In this document: positions 1 to 14,400 of the stretch, piece after piece | How positions within the stretch are numbered: the stretch's first letter is position 1 | Layout: each line of letters starts with the position of its first letter | Assembly: GCF_009914755.1 (NCBI RefSeq) | Contig: NC_060929.1 | Strand: one strand, 5' to 3' | DNA length: 64,000 bases | Source of the DNA: the human T2T-CHM13v2.0 reference genome, Homo sapiens | Program-made: the position numbers and the translations under genes | The notes under the pieces: generated by a model | Databases searched by the model: none | What the model was told of the DNA's origin: nothing | What the model saw: the letters and a program-made list of their open reading frames with translations, nothing else

Positions 1-730
1 GGGTTGATTCCAATTCATTCCATTCCATTCCATTCCATTCCATTCCACTCCATTCCATTCCATTCCTTTCCATTCCATTCCATTCCATTCCATTCGGGTT
101 GATTCTATTCAATTCCTTTACACTCCATTCCATTCCATTCCATTCCACACAATTCCATTCCCTACCATTCCATTCCATTCCATTCCTTTCCATTCCATGC
201 CATTCCACTCGGGTTGATTCCTTTCCATTCCATTCCATTCCATTCTATTCCGTTGCACTCGAGTTGATTCCATTCCATTCCATTCCATTCCATTCCTTTC
301 CATTCCATTCCTTTCCATTCCATTCCACTCAGGATGATTCCATTCTGTTACTTTCCATTCCATTCCATTTCCTTCCATTCCACTCGGGTTGATTCCATTC
401 CTTTCCATTCCACTCGAATACATTCCCTTCTATTCCACTCGGAATGATTCCATTCCATTCCATTCCATTGCATTCCATTTCGTTCCATTCCATTCTATTC
501 CGTAAGATTCCATTCCATTCCATTCCATTCCATGCCATTCCACTCGAGTTGATTCGTTTCCTTTCCATTCCATTCGGGTTGAATCCATTCCATTCCATTC
601 CATTCAATTCGATTCCATTCCATTGCACTCGGGTTGATTCCCTTCCATTCCGTTCCATTCAATTCCATTCCATTCCACTCCATTCCATTCGGGATGATGC
701 CATTCCATTCCATTCCATTCCATTCCATTC

Positions 731-950
731 CACTCTGTTTGATTCAGTTGCATTCCATTGCATTCCACGCGATTTGATTCCATTCCATTCTATTACGTTT
801 CATTCCATGCCACGCCATACGATTCCATTCCATTCCATTCCATTCCATTCCGTTTCATTCCATGCCACTCCATACGATTCCATTCCATTCCATTCCATTC
901 GGGTACATTCCATTCCATTCCATTCCTTTCCATTCCATTCTGGTAGATTC
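731..950 (+). repeat. Example of a recurrent ordered variant cassette (CTGTTTGATTCAG..CGCGATTTG..CGTTTC..CGCCATACG..CGGGTAC..CTGGTAG)
   Basis: The same motif order recurs roughly 35 times by eye, e.g. near 1866, 4861, 5891, 9955, 11577, 15331, 17236, 22714, 26464, 28030, 30918, 32818, 49377, 55933. Confidence 0.85.
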
Positions 951-2259
951 CATTCCATTCCATTCCATTCCATTCCATTCCATTCCATTCCATTCCATTC
1001 CATTCCTTTCTGGTAGATTCCAATCCATTCCATTCCATTCCATTCCATTCCATTCCATTGCACTCGGGTTGATTCCAATTCATTCCATTCCATTCCATTC
1101 CATTCCTTTCCATTCCATTCCCTTCCATTCCATTCTGGTTGTTTCTATTCAATTCATTTACACTCCATTCCATTCCATTCCATTCCACACAATTAAATTC
1201 CGTACCATTTCATTCCATTCCATTCCTTTCCATTCCATGCAATTCCACTCGGGGTGATTCCATTCCAATCCATTCTATTCGGGTTGATTCCATTCCATTC
1301 CATTCCATTCCATTCCATTCCATTCCATTCCATTGCATTCCTTTTCACTCCAGTTGATTCTATTCCATTCCATTCCATTCCATTCCATTGCACTAGGGTT
1401 GATTCCATTCCATTCCATTCCATTCCATTCCATTCCATTCCTTTCCATTCCATTCCACTCGGGTTGATTCCATTCTATTCTTTTCCATTCCATTCCATTC
1501 CGTTGCATTCCACTCGTGTTTATTCCATTCCTTTCCATTCCACTCGAATATATTCCCTTCTATTCCACTCGGAATGATTCCACTCCATTCCATTCCATTC
1601 CATTCCATTCCATTCCATTCCATTCCATTCCATTCAAATTCATTTCGTTGCATTCCATTCTATTCCGTTCCATTCCTTTCCATTCCATTCCATGCCATTC
1701 CACTCGGGTTGATTCCATTCCTTTCCATTCCATTCGGATTGAATCCATTCCATTCCATTATATTCCATTCCATTCCATTCCATTCCACTCCATTCCATTC
1801 CATTCCACTCCATTCCATTCGGGATGATTCCATTCCATTCCATTCCAATCCATTCCATTCCATTCCACTCTGTTTGATTCAGTTGCATTCCATTCCATTC
1901 CACGCGATTTGATTCCATTCCATTCTATTCCGTTTCATTCCATTCCACGACATACGATTCCATTCCATTCCACTCCATTCGGGTACATTCCATTCCATTC
2001 CATTCCATTCCATTCCATTCCATTCCATTCTGGTAGATCCCATTCCATTCCATTCCATTCCATTCTATTCCATTCCATTCCATTCCATTCCATTCCACTC
2101 TGGTTGAATCCGATTCATTCAATTCCATTCCATTCCATTCCATTCCATTCCATTCCTTTCCGTTCCGTTCCATTCCATTCCATTCCTTTCCATTCCATTC
2201 CATTCCATTCCATTCGGGTTGATTGTATTCAGTTCCTATACACTCCATTCCATTCCATT

Positions 2260-5200
2260 CCATTCCACACAACTCCATTCCGTACCATTCCATTCCATTC
2301 CATTCCTTTCCATTGCATGCCATTCCACTCGGGTTGATTCCATTTCATTCAATTTTGTTCGGGTTGATTCCATTCCATTCCATTCCATTCCATTGCATTC
2401 CATTGCACTCGAGTTGATTCCATTCCATTCCATTCCATTCCATTCCACACAATTCCATTCCGTACCATTCCATTCCATTCCATTCCATTCTATTCCATTC
2501 CATTGCATTCCATTGCACTCGATTTGATTCCTTTCCGTTCCATTTCATTCCATTCTATTCGGGTTGATTCCATTCCATTCCATTCCATTCCATTCCATTC
2601 CATTCCATTCCATTGCACTCAAGTTGATTCCATTCCATTCCATTCCGTTCCATTCCAATCCTTTCCATTCCATTCCACTCGGGTTGATTCCATTCTATTC
2701 TTTTCCATTCAATTCCATTCCCTTCCATTCCACTCGGGTTGATTCCATTCCTTTCCATTCCACTCGAATACATTCCCTTCTATTCCACTCGGAATGATTC
2801 CACTCCATTTCATTCCATTCCATTCTATTCCATTTCATTTCGTTCTATTCCATTCTATTCCGTACCATTCCATTGAATTCCATTCCATTCCATTCCATTC
2901 CATTCCATTCCATGCCATTCCACTCGGGTTGATTCCATTCCTTTCCATTGCATTCGGATTGAATCCATTCCATTCCATTCTTTCCATTCGATTCCATTCC
3001 ATTGCACTCCGGTTCATTCCATTCCATTGCATTCCATTCTACTCCATTCCATTCCATTCCACTCCATTCCATTCGGGATGATTCCATTCCATTCCATTCC
3101 ATTCATTCCATTCCATTCCACACAACTCCATTCCGTACCATTCCATTCCATTCCATTCCTTTCCATTGCATGCCATTCCACTCGGGTTGATTCCATTTCA
3201 TTCAATTTTATTCGGGTTGATTCCATTCCATTCCATTCCATTCCATTGCATTCCATTGCACTCGAGTTGATTCCATTCCATTCCATTCCATTCCATTCCA
3301 TTCCATTCCATTACACACAATTCCATTCCGTACCATTCCAATCCATTCCATTCCATTCCATTCCATTCCATTCCATTCCATTCCATTCCATTCCACACAA
3401 TTCCATTCCGTACCATTCCATTCCATTCCATTCCATTCCATTCCATTCCATTCCGTTCCATTCCATTGCACTCAAGTTGATTCCATTCCATTCCATTCCA
3501 TTCCATTCCATTCCATTCCATTCCATTCCATTCCATTCGGGTTGATTCTATTCAATTCCTTTACACTCCATTCCCTTCCATTCCATTCCATTCCACACAA
3601 TTCCATTCCATTCCATTCCATTCCAATTGGGTTGAATCCATTCCATTCCATTTCGTTCCATTCCATTCTTCTATTCCGTTCCATTCCATTTCCATTCCTT
3701 TCCTTTCCATTCCATGCCTTTCCACTCGTGTTGATTCCATTCCATTCCATTCTATTCGGGTTGATTCCATTCCATTCCATTCCATTCCATTCCATTCCAT
3801 TCCATCACACTCGAGTTGATTCCATTCAATTCCATTCCATTCCTTTCCATTCCATTACTTTCCATTCCATTCCACTCAGGTTGATTCCATTCTATTACTT
3901 TCCATTCCATTCCATTCCCTTCCATTCCACTCGGGTTGATTCCATTCCTTTCCATTGCACTCGAATACATTCCCTTCTATTCCCCTCGGAATGATTCCAT
4001 TCCATTCCATTGCATTCCATTTCGTTCCATTCCATTCTATTCCGTACCATTCCATTCCATTCCATTCCATTCCATTCCATTCCATTCCATGCCATTCCAC
4101 TCGAGTTGATTCCATTCCTTTCCATTCCATTCGGGTTGAATCAATTCCATTCCATTCCATTCCATTCCATTGCATTCCATTGCACTCGAGTTGATTCCTT
4201 TCCATTCCATTTCATTCCATTCTATTCGGGTTGATTCCATTCCATTCCATTCCATTCCATTCCATTCCATTCCACACAATTCCATTCTGTACCATTCCAT
4301 TCCATTCCATTCCATTGCACTCAAGTTGATTCCCTTCTCTTCCATTCCATTCCATTCCATTCCATTCCATTCCATTCCTTTCCATTCCATTCCACTCTGG
4401 TTGATTCCATTCTATTCTTTTCCATTCCATTCCATTCCCTTCCATTCCACTCGGGTTGATTCCATTCCTTTCCATTCCACTCGAATACTTTCCCTTCTAT
4501 TCCACTCGGAATGATTCCACTCCATTCCATTCCATTCCATTCTATTCCATTTCATTTCGTTCTATTCCATTCTATACCGTACCATTCCATTGAATTCCAT
4601 TCCATTCCATTCCATTCCATGCCATTCCACTCGGGTTGATTCCATTCCTTTCCATTCCATTCGGATTGAATCCATTCCATTCCATTCCTTTCCATTCGAT
4701 TCCATTCCATTGCACTCCGGTTCATTCCATTCAATTCCATTCCATTCTACTCCATTCCATTCCGTTCCACTCCATTCCATTCGAGATGATTCCATTCCAT
4801 TCCATTCCATTCCATTCCATTCCGTTCCATTCCGTTCCATTCCATTTCATTCCATTCCACTCTGTTTGATTCTGTTCCATTCCATTCTATTCCACGTGAT
4901 TTGATTCCATTCCATTCTATTCTGTTTCATTCCATTCCACGACATACGATTCCATTGTATTCCATTCCATTCGGGTACATTCCATTCCATTCCATTCCAT
5001 CCAATTCCATTCCATTCCATTCTTGTACATTCCATTCCATTCCATTCCATTCCATTCCATTGCACTCGAGTTGATTGCATTCCATTCCATTCCATTCCAT
5101 TCCGTTCCGTTCCATTCCATTCCATTCCATTCCATTCCATTCCATTCCATTCGGGTTGATTCTATTCAATGCCTTTACACTCCATTCCATTCCTTTCCAT

Positions 5201-5790
5201 TCCATTCCATTCCATTCCATTCCATTCCACACAATTCCATTCCATTCCTTTCCATTCCAATTGGGTTGAATCCATTCCATTCCATTTCGTTCCATTCCAT
5301 TCTTCTATTCCGTTCCATTCCATTCCATTCCATTCCATTCCATTCCATTCCATCGCACTCGAGTTGATTTCATTCCATTCCATTCCATTCCATTCCATTC
5401 CATTCCATTCCTTTGCACTCTAGTTGATTCCATTGAATTCCATTCCATTCCATTCCATTCCATTCCACTCGGGTTGATTCCATTCCATTCCTTTCCATTC
5501 CATTCCATTCCTCTCCATTCCACTCGGGTTGATTCCATTCCTTTCCATTGCACTCGAATACATTCCCTTCTATTCCCCTCGGAATGATTCCATTCCATTC
5601 CATTGCATTCCATTTTGTTCCATTCCATTCTATTCCGTACCATTCCATTCCATTCCATTCCATTCCATTCCATTCCACGCCATTCCACTCGAGTTGATTC
5701 CATTCCTTTCCATTCCATTCGGGTTGAATCAATTCCATTCCATTCCATTCCATTCCATTGCATTCCATTGCACTCGGGTTGATTCCCTTC
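2260..5790 (+). repeat. Mosaic of local duplications (offsets ~850, ~1600 and ~1710 bp)
   Basis: caactccattccgtacc...ttgcatgcc 2270/3123; cattgaattcc and gcactccggttc 2871,3004/4588,4712; ttcttctattccg, tattcccctcgga and gaatcaattcc 3666,3978,4138/5300,5571,5726. Confidence 0.75.
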
Positions 5791-8464
5791 CCTTCCATTC
5801 CATTCCATTCCATTTCATTCCATTCCACTCCATTCCATTCGGAATGATTCCATTCCATTCCATTCCATTCCATTCCATTCCATTGCATTTCACTCTGTTT
5901 GATTCAGTTCCATTCCATTCCATTCCATGCGATTTGATTCCATTCCATTCTATTCCGTTTTATTCCATTCCACGCCATACGATTCCGTTGCATTCCATTC
6001 CATTCGGGTACATTCCATTCCGTTCGGGTACATTCCATTCCATTCCATTCCATTCCATTCCATTCCATTCCATTCCATTGCATTCTAGTAGATTCCATTC
6101 CATTCCATTCCATTCCATTCCATTGCACTCGGGTTTATTCCATTCCTTTCCATTCCACTCGATTACATACCCTTCCATTCCATTCGGAATGATTCCATTC
6201 CATTCCATTCCATTCCATTCCACTCTTTTTGATTCAGTTCCATTCCATTGCATTCCACGCGGGTTGATTCCATTGCATTCTATTCCGTTTCATTCCAGTC
6301 CACTCCATTCGATTCCATTCCATTCCATTCCATTCCATTCTGGTAGATTCTATTCCATTCCACTCCATTCCATTACATTCGTTTAGGTTCCGTTCCATTC
6401 CATTCTACTCCATTGCACTCACGTTGAATCCAATGCATTCCATTCCATTCCATTCCATTCCATTCCATTCCATTCCATTCCACTCGGGTTGATTCCATTC
6501 CATTCCTTTCCATTCCATTCCATTCCTCTCCATTCCACTCGGGTTGATTCCATTCCTTTCCATTCCACTCGATTACATTCCCTTCCATTAGACTCGGAAT
6601 GATTCCATTCCATTCCATTCCATTCCATTCCATTCCATTCCATTCCATTCCATTGCATTCCATTCCAATTTATTCCATTCCATTCCATTCCACCGAAGTT
6701 GATTCCATTCCATATGCATTCCATTCAATTCCATTCCGTTCCATTCCATTCCATTCCATTCGGGTTGATTTTATTCAATTCCTTTACACTCCTTTCCATT
6801 CCATTCCATTCCACACAATTCCATTCCCTTCCATTCCCTTCGAAATGTGTTGAAACCATTCCAATCCATTTAGTTCCATTCCATTCAATTCCGTTCCATT
6901 CCATTCCATTCCATTCCATTCCATTCCATTCCATTCCATGCTATTCCACTTGAGTTGATTCCACGCCATTCCATTCCATTCGGTTTGATTCCTTTCCATT
7001 CCATTCCGTTCCATTCCATTGCACTCGGGTTGATTCCGTACCATTCCATTCCACTCCATTCCGTTCCATTCGGGTTGATTCCATTCCATTCGATTCCATT
7101 CCATTCCATTACACTCGGGTTGATTCCGTTCCACTCCATTCCATTCCATTCCATTCCATTCCTTTCCATTCCATTTCACTCGGTTTGATTCCATTCCATT
7201 CCATTCCATGCCAATCCACTCAGGTTGATTCCATTCCATTGCATTCCGTTCCATTCCATTCTATTCCTTTCCACTCCATTCCATTCCATTCCATTCCATT
7301 CCATTCCATTCCATTCCTTTCCATTCCATTCCTCTCGGGATGATTCCATTCCATTCCATTCCATTCCATTCCTTTCCATTGCACTCGGGTTGATTCCATT
7401 GCATCCCAATCCATTTCATTCCTTTCCATTCCGTTTCTTACCATTCCATTCCATTCCATTCCATTCCACTAGGTTTGATTCCTTTCCATAACATTCCAAT
7501 CCATTCTATTCAGTTCCATTTCATTGCTTTACATTCCATTCCATTCGGTTCCTTTCCACTCCACTCTACTCGGGTTGATTGCATTTCATTCCATTTCATT
7601 CCATTCCATTCCATTTCATTCCATGCCATTCCATGCCATTCCACTCGGGTTGATTCCATTCCATTCCTTTCAATTCCATTGCATTCCCTTCCATTCCACT
7701 CGTGTGGATTTCATCACTTTCCTTTCCACTCGATTACATTTCCTTCCATTCCCCTCGGAAAGAATCAATTCCATTCCATTCAATTCCATACCATTCCATT
7801 GCATTCCATTCCAATCCATTCCATTCCATTCCATTCCACTCGAGTTGATTCCATTCCATTCCATTCCATTCCATTCCATTCCATTCCGTTTCATTCCATT
7901 CCATTCCATTGGTGGTGATTCTATTCAATTCCTTAACACTCCATTCCATTCCATTCCATTCCACAAAATTCCATTCCATTCCATTCCATTCCAATCAGGT
8001 TGAATCCATTCCATTCCATTTCGTTACATTCCATTCTATTCTGTTCCATTCCATTCGTTTCCATTCCTTTCCATTCCATTTCATTCCATTCCATTCCACT
8101 CGGGTTGATTCTATTCCATTCCATTCCATTCCATTCCACTTAATTTCATTCCATTCCATTCCATTCCAGTTGATTCCACTCCATGCAATTCCATTCAATT
8201 CCACTCGGGTTGAATCCACTCCATTCCGTTTCAGTATATTCCATTCCAGTAAATTCCATTCCATTCCACTCCATTCCATTCCACTCGTGTTGATTACATT
8301 CCATTCCATTCCATTCTGTTTCATTCCATTCGATTCTGTTCCATTCCATTGCATTTCATTCCATTGCACTCCATTCGATTCCTTTCCATTCCATTGCATT
8401 CGGGTAGTTTCCTTTCCATTCCATTCCATTCCACTCCATTCCATACGGGTAGATTGCATTGCAT

Positions 8465-11400
8465 TCCATTCCATTCCATTCCATTCCATTCCATTCCATT
8501 CCATTCCATTCCATTGCATTCCACTCCATTCGGTTAGATTGCATTATATTCCATTCCATTCCATTCCATTCCAATTGGATTGAATCCATTCTACTCCATT
8601 CCACTCCAATTGGATTGAATCCATTCCATTCCATTTCGTTCCATTCCATTCTATTCCCTAGCATTCCATTCCATTCAATTCCATTCCATAACGTGCCATT
8701 CCACTCGGGTTCATTCCATTCCATTGCATTCCATACCTTTCCTTACCAATTGGGATGAATCCATTCCATTCCATTTCGTTCCATTCCATTCTATTCTGTA
8801 CCATTCCATTCCATTCCATTCCATTCCATGCCATTCCCCTAGGGTTGATTCCATTCCATTCCATTCGGGTTGATTCCATTGCATTCCATGACATTCCATG
8901 CCATTCCATTCCACTCCATTCCATTCGGGATGATTCCATTCCATTCCATTCCATTCCATTCCATTCCATTCCCTTCCATTCCGCTCGGGTTGATTCCATT
9001 CCTTTCCATTCCACTCGATTACAGTCCCTTCTATTCCACTCGGAATGATTCCATTCCATTACATTCTATTCCATTGCATTCCATTCCAATCCATTCCATT
9101 CCACTCGAGTTGATTCCATTCCATTCCACTCCATTCCGTTCCATTCCATTCCATTCCACTCGGGTGGATTCCATTGCATTCCATTCCATTCCGTTGCACT
9201 TGTGTTGATTCCATTCCATTCCATTCCATTCCATTCCATTCCATTCCATTCCATTCAATTCCATTCCATGCGATCCCACTCGGGTTGATTCCATTCCATT
9301 CCATTCCATTCCATTCCATTCCATTCCATTCCATTCCATTCCTTTCCGTTCCATTCCATTCCATTCCATTCGGGTTGATTCCATTCCATTCCATTCCATT
9401 CCATTCCATTCAATTCCATTCCATTCCATTCCATTCCATTCCTTTCCATTCCATTCAATTTTGTTCCATTCCATTCTATTCCTTACCATTCGATTCCATT
9501 CCATTCCATTCCATTCCATGCCATTCCACTCGGGTTGATTCCATTCCATTCCATTCTATTCAGGTTGATTCCATTCCATTCCATTCCATTCCATTCCATT
9601 CCATTCCATTCCTTTCCATTCCATTACATTCCACTGCACTCGGGTTGATTCCATTCCATTCCATTCCATTCCATTCCACTCCATTCCATTCCATTCCATT
9701 CCATGCCATTCTACTCTGGTTCATTCCGTTCCTTTCCATTCGATTCGGGTTGAATCCATTCCCTTCCATTCCATTCCATTCCATTCCATTCCATTCCATT
9801 GCATTTCATTGCACTCGTGTTCATTCCATTCCATTCCATTCCATTCCATTCCATTCTATTCCATTCCATTCCACTCCATTCCATTCAGGATGATTCTGTT
9901 CCATTCCATTCCATTCCATTCCATTCCATTCCATTCCATTCCAATCCATTCCACTCTGTTTGATTCAGTTCCATTCCATTCCATTCCACGCGATTTGATT
10001 CCATTCCATTCTATTCCGTTTAATTCCATTCCACGCCATACGATTCCATTCCATTCCATACCATTCGGGTACATTCCATTCTATTCCATTCCATTAGATT
10101 CTGGTAGATTGCATTCCATTCCATTCCATTCCATTCCATTCCCTTCCATTGCATTCCATTGCACTCGGGTTGATTCTATTCCTTTCCATTCCACTCGATT
10201 ACTTTCCCTTCCATTCCACTCGGAATGAATCCATTCCATTCCATTCCATTCCATTGCATTCCATTCCAATCCATTCCTTTCCATTCCATTCCATTCCAAT
10301 TGGTTTGAATCCATTCCATTCTATTTCGTTCCTTTCCATTCTATTCCATTCCATTCCATTCCATTCGGGTTTATTCTATTCAATTCCTTTACAGTCAGTT
10401 CCATTCCACACAATTCCATTCCATTCCATTCCATTTCAAGTGGGTTGAATCCATTACATTCCTTTTCCTTCCATTCTATTCCATTGCATTCCATTGCATG
10501 CCATTCCAATCGGGTTGATTCCTTTCCATTCCATTACATTCGGGTTGATTAAATTCCATTCCATGCAATTTCATTCCATTCCATTCCATGGCACTCGGGT
10601 TGATTCCAATTCATTCCCTTCCATTCCATTCCATTCCATTCCATTCCATTCCATTCCATTCCATTCCGTTCCATTCCATTCCACTCCTTTCCATTCCATT
10701 CCTTTCCATTACATTCGGGTTGTTTCTATTCAATTCCTTTACACTCCATTCCATTCCATTCCATTCCACACAATTCCATTCTGTACCATTCCATTCCATT
10801 CCATTCCTTTCCGTTCCATGTCATTCCACTCGCGTTGATTCCAATTCATTCAATTTTATTCGGGTTGATTGCATTCCATTCCATTCCATTCCATTCCATT
10901 CCATTCCATTCCATTCCACCGGGTTCTGGCCATTCCATTCCTTTCCATTCCATTCCATTCCATTCCATTCCATTCCATTCCTTTCCATTCCATTCCACTC
11001 GGGTTCTTGCCATTCCATTCCATTCCATTCCATTCCATTCCATTCCATTCAATTCCACTCAGGTTGATTCCATTCTATTCTTTTCCATTCCATTCCATTC
11101 CACTCGGGTTGATTCCATTCCTTTCCATTCCACTCGAATACATTCCCTTCTATTCCACTCGGAATGATTCCACTCCATTCCATTCCATTCCATTCCATTC
11201 CATTCCATTCCATTCCATTCCATTCCATTCCATTCCATTTCATTTCGTTCTATTCCATTCTATTCCGTACCATTCCATTCCATTCCATTCCATTCCATTC
11301 CTTTCCATTCCATTGCATTCCATTCCACGCCATTCCATGCCATTCCACTCGGGTTGATTCCATTCCTTTCCATTCCTTTCGGATTGAATCCATTCCATTC

Positions 11401-14400
11401 CATTCCTTTCCATTCCATTCCATTCCATTCCATTGCACTCGGGTTCATTCCATTCCATTCCATTCCATTCTACTCCATTCCATTCGATTCCACTCCATTC
11501 CATTCGGGATGATTCCATTCCATTCCATTCCATTCCATTCCATTCCATTCCATTCCATTCCATTCCATTCCATTCCACTGTGTTTGATTCAGTTCCATTC
11601 CATTCCATTCCACGCGATTTGATTCCATTCCATTCTATTCCGTTTCATTCCATTCCACGCCATACGATTCCATTCCATTCTATTCCATTCGGGTACATTC
11701 CATTCCATTCCATTTCATTCCATTCCATTCTGGTAGATTCCAATCCATTCTATTCCATTCCATTCCATTCCATTCCATTGCACTCGGGTTGATTCCAATT
11801 CATTCCATTCCATTCCATTCCATTCCACTCCATTCCATTCCATTCCAATTCCACTCCATTCCATTCCATTCCTTTCCATTCCATTCCATTCCATTCCATT
11901 CCATTCGGGTTGATTCTATTCAATTCCTTTACACTCCATTTCATTCCATTCCATTCCACACAATTCCATTCCGTACCATTCCTTTCCATTCCATTCCTTT
12001 CCATTCCATGCCATTCCATTCGGGTTGATTCCATTCCATTCCATTCCATTCCATTCCATTCCATTCCATTCCATTCCATTCCATTCCGTTGCACTCGAGT
12101 TGATTCCATTCCATTCCATTCCATTCCATTCCATTCCATTGCATTCCATTTCGTTCCATTCCATTCTATTCCGTAAGATTCCATTCCATTCCATTCCATT
12201 CCATGCCATTCCACTCGAGTTGATTCCTTTCCTTTCCATTCCATTCGGGTTGAATCCATTCCATTCCATTCCATTCAAATCGATTCCATTCCATTGCACT
12301 CGGGTTGATTCCCTTCCATTCCATTCCATTCAATTTCATTCCATTCCACTCTATTCCATTCGGGATGATGCCATTCCATTCCATTCCATTCCATTCCATT
12401 CCATTCCATTCCATTGCATTCCACTCCATTCGGGTAGATTGCATTATATTCCATTCCATTCCATTCCATTCCAATTGGATTGAATCCATTCCATTCCATT
12501 CCATTCCAATTGGATTGAATCCATTCCATTCCATTTCGTTCCATTCCATTCTATTCCCTAGCATTCCATTCCATTCCATTCCATTCCATAACGTGCCATT
12601 CCACTCGGGTTCATTCCATTCCATTGCATTCCATACCTTTCCTTTCCAATTGGGTTGAATCCATTCCATTCCATTTCGTTCCATTCCATTCTATTCTGTA
12701 CCATTCCATTCCATTCCATTCCATTCCATGCCATTCTCCTAGGGTTGATTCCATTCCATTCCATTCGGGTTGATTCCATTGCATTCCATGACATTCCATG
12801 CCATTCCATTCCACCCCATTCCATTCGGGATGATTCCATTCCATTCCATTCCATTCCATTCCCTTCCATTCCGCTCGGGTTGATTCCATTCCTTTCCATT
12901 CCACTCGATTGCAGTCCCTTCTATTCCACTCGGAATGATTCCATTCCATTACATTCTATTCCATTGCATTCCATTCCAATCCATTCCATTCCACTCGAGT
13001 TGATTCCATTCCATTCCACTCCATTCCGTTCCATTCCATTCCATTCCACTCGGGTGGATTCCATTGCATTGCATTCCATTCCATTGCACTTGGGTTGATT
13101 CCATTCCATTCCATTCCATTCCATTCCATTCCATTCCATTCCATTCAATTCCATTCCATGCGATCCCATTCGGGTTGATTCCATTCCATTCCATTCCATT
13201 CCTTTCCATTCCTTTCCGTTCCATTCCGTTCCATTCCATTCGGGTTGATTCCATTCCATTCCATTCCATTCCATTCCATTCCATTCCATTCCATTCCATT
13301 CCATTCAATTTTGTTCTATTCCATTCTATTCCTTACCATTCGATTCCATTCCATTGCATTCCATTCCATTCCATGCCATTCCACTCGGGTTGATTCCATT
13401 CCATTCCATTCCATTCAGGTTGATTTCATTCCATTCCATTCCATTCCATTCCATTCCTTTCCATTCCATTACATTCCACTGCACTCGGGTTGATTCCTTT
13501 CCATTCCATTCCATTCCATTCCATTCCACTCCATTCCATTCCATTCCATTCCATGCCATTCTACTCGGGTTCATTCCGTTCCTTTCCATTCGATTCGGGT
13601 TGAATCCATTCCATTCCATTCCATTCCATTCCATTCCATTCCATTCCATTCCATTGCATTTCATTGCACTCGTGTCCATTCCATTCCATTCCATTCCATT
13701 CTATTCCATTCCATTCCACTCCATTCCATTCGGGATGATTCTGTTCCATTCCATTCCATTCCATTCCATTCCATTCCATTCCATTCCATTCCATTCTGAT
13801 TGATTCAGTTCCATTCCATTCCATTCCACGCGATTTGATTCCATTCCATTCTATTCCGTTTAATTCCATTCCAAGCCATACGATTCCATTCCATTCCATA
13901 CCATTCGGGTACATTCCATTCCATTCCATTCCATTCCATTCCATTCTGGTAGATTCCATTCCATTCCATTCCATTCCATTCCATTCCATTGCATTCCATT
14001 GCACTCGGGTTGATTCCATTCCTTTCCATTCCACTCGATTACATTCCCTTCCATTCCACTTGGAATGAATCCATTCCATTCCATTCCATTCCATTGCTTT
14101 CCATTCCAATCCATTCCTTTCCATTCTATTCCATTCCAATTGGTTTGAATCCATTCCATTCTATTTCGTTCCTTTCCATTCTATTCCATTCCATTCCATT
14201 CCATTCGGGTTTATTGTATTCAATTCCTTTACACTCAGTTCCATTCCACACAATTCCATTCCATTCCACTCCATTTCAAGTGGGTTGGATCCATTACATT
14301 CCTTTTCCTTCCATTCTATTCCATTGCATTCCATTGCATGCCATTCCAATCGGGTTGATTCCTTTCCATTCCATTACATTCGGGTTGATTAAATTCCATT

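Noticed and set aside
438-450. Canonical heat-shock element at GGAATGATTCC
   Set aside because: The GAA to TTC spacing is 3 nt, not the 2 nt of GAAnnTTC. I saw no clear three-unit inverted element by eye.
10546-10556. DUX4-like motif TGATTAAATTC (also ~14386, and TGATTGAATTC at ~22633)
   Set aside because: These are imperfect matches, only a few copies, and readily produced by point mutation of TGATTCCATTC.
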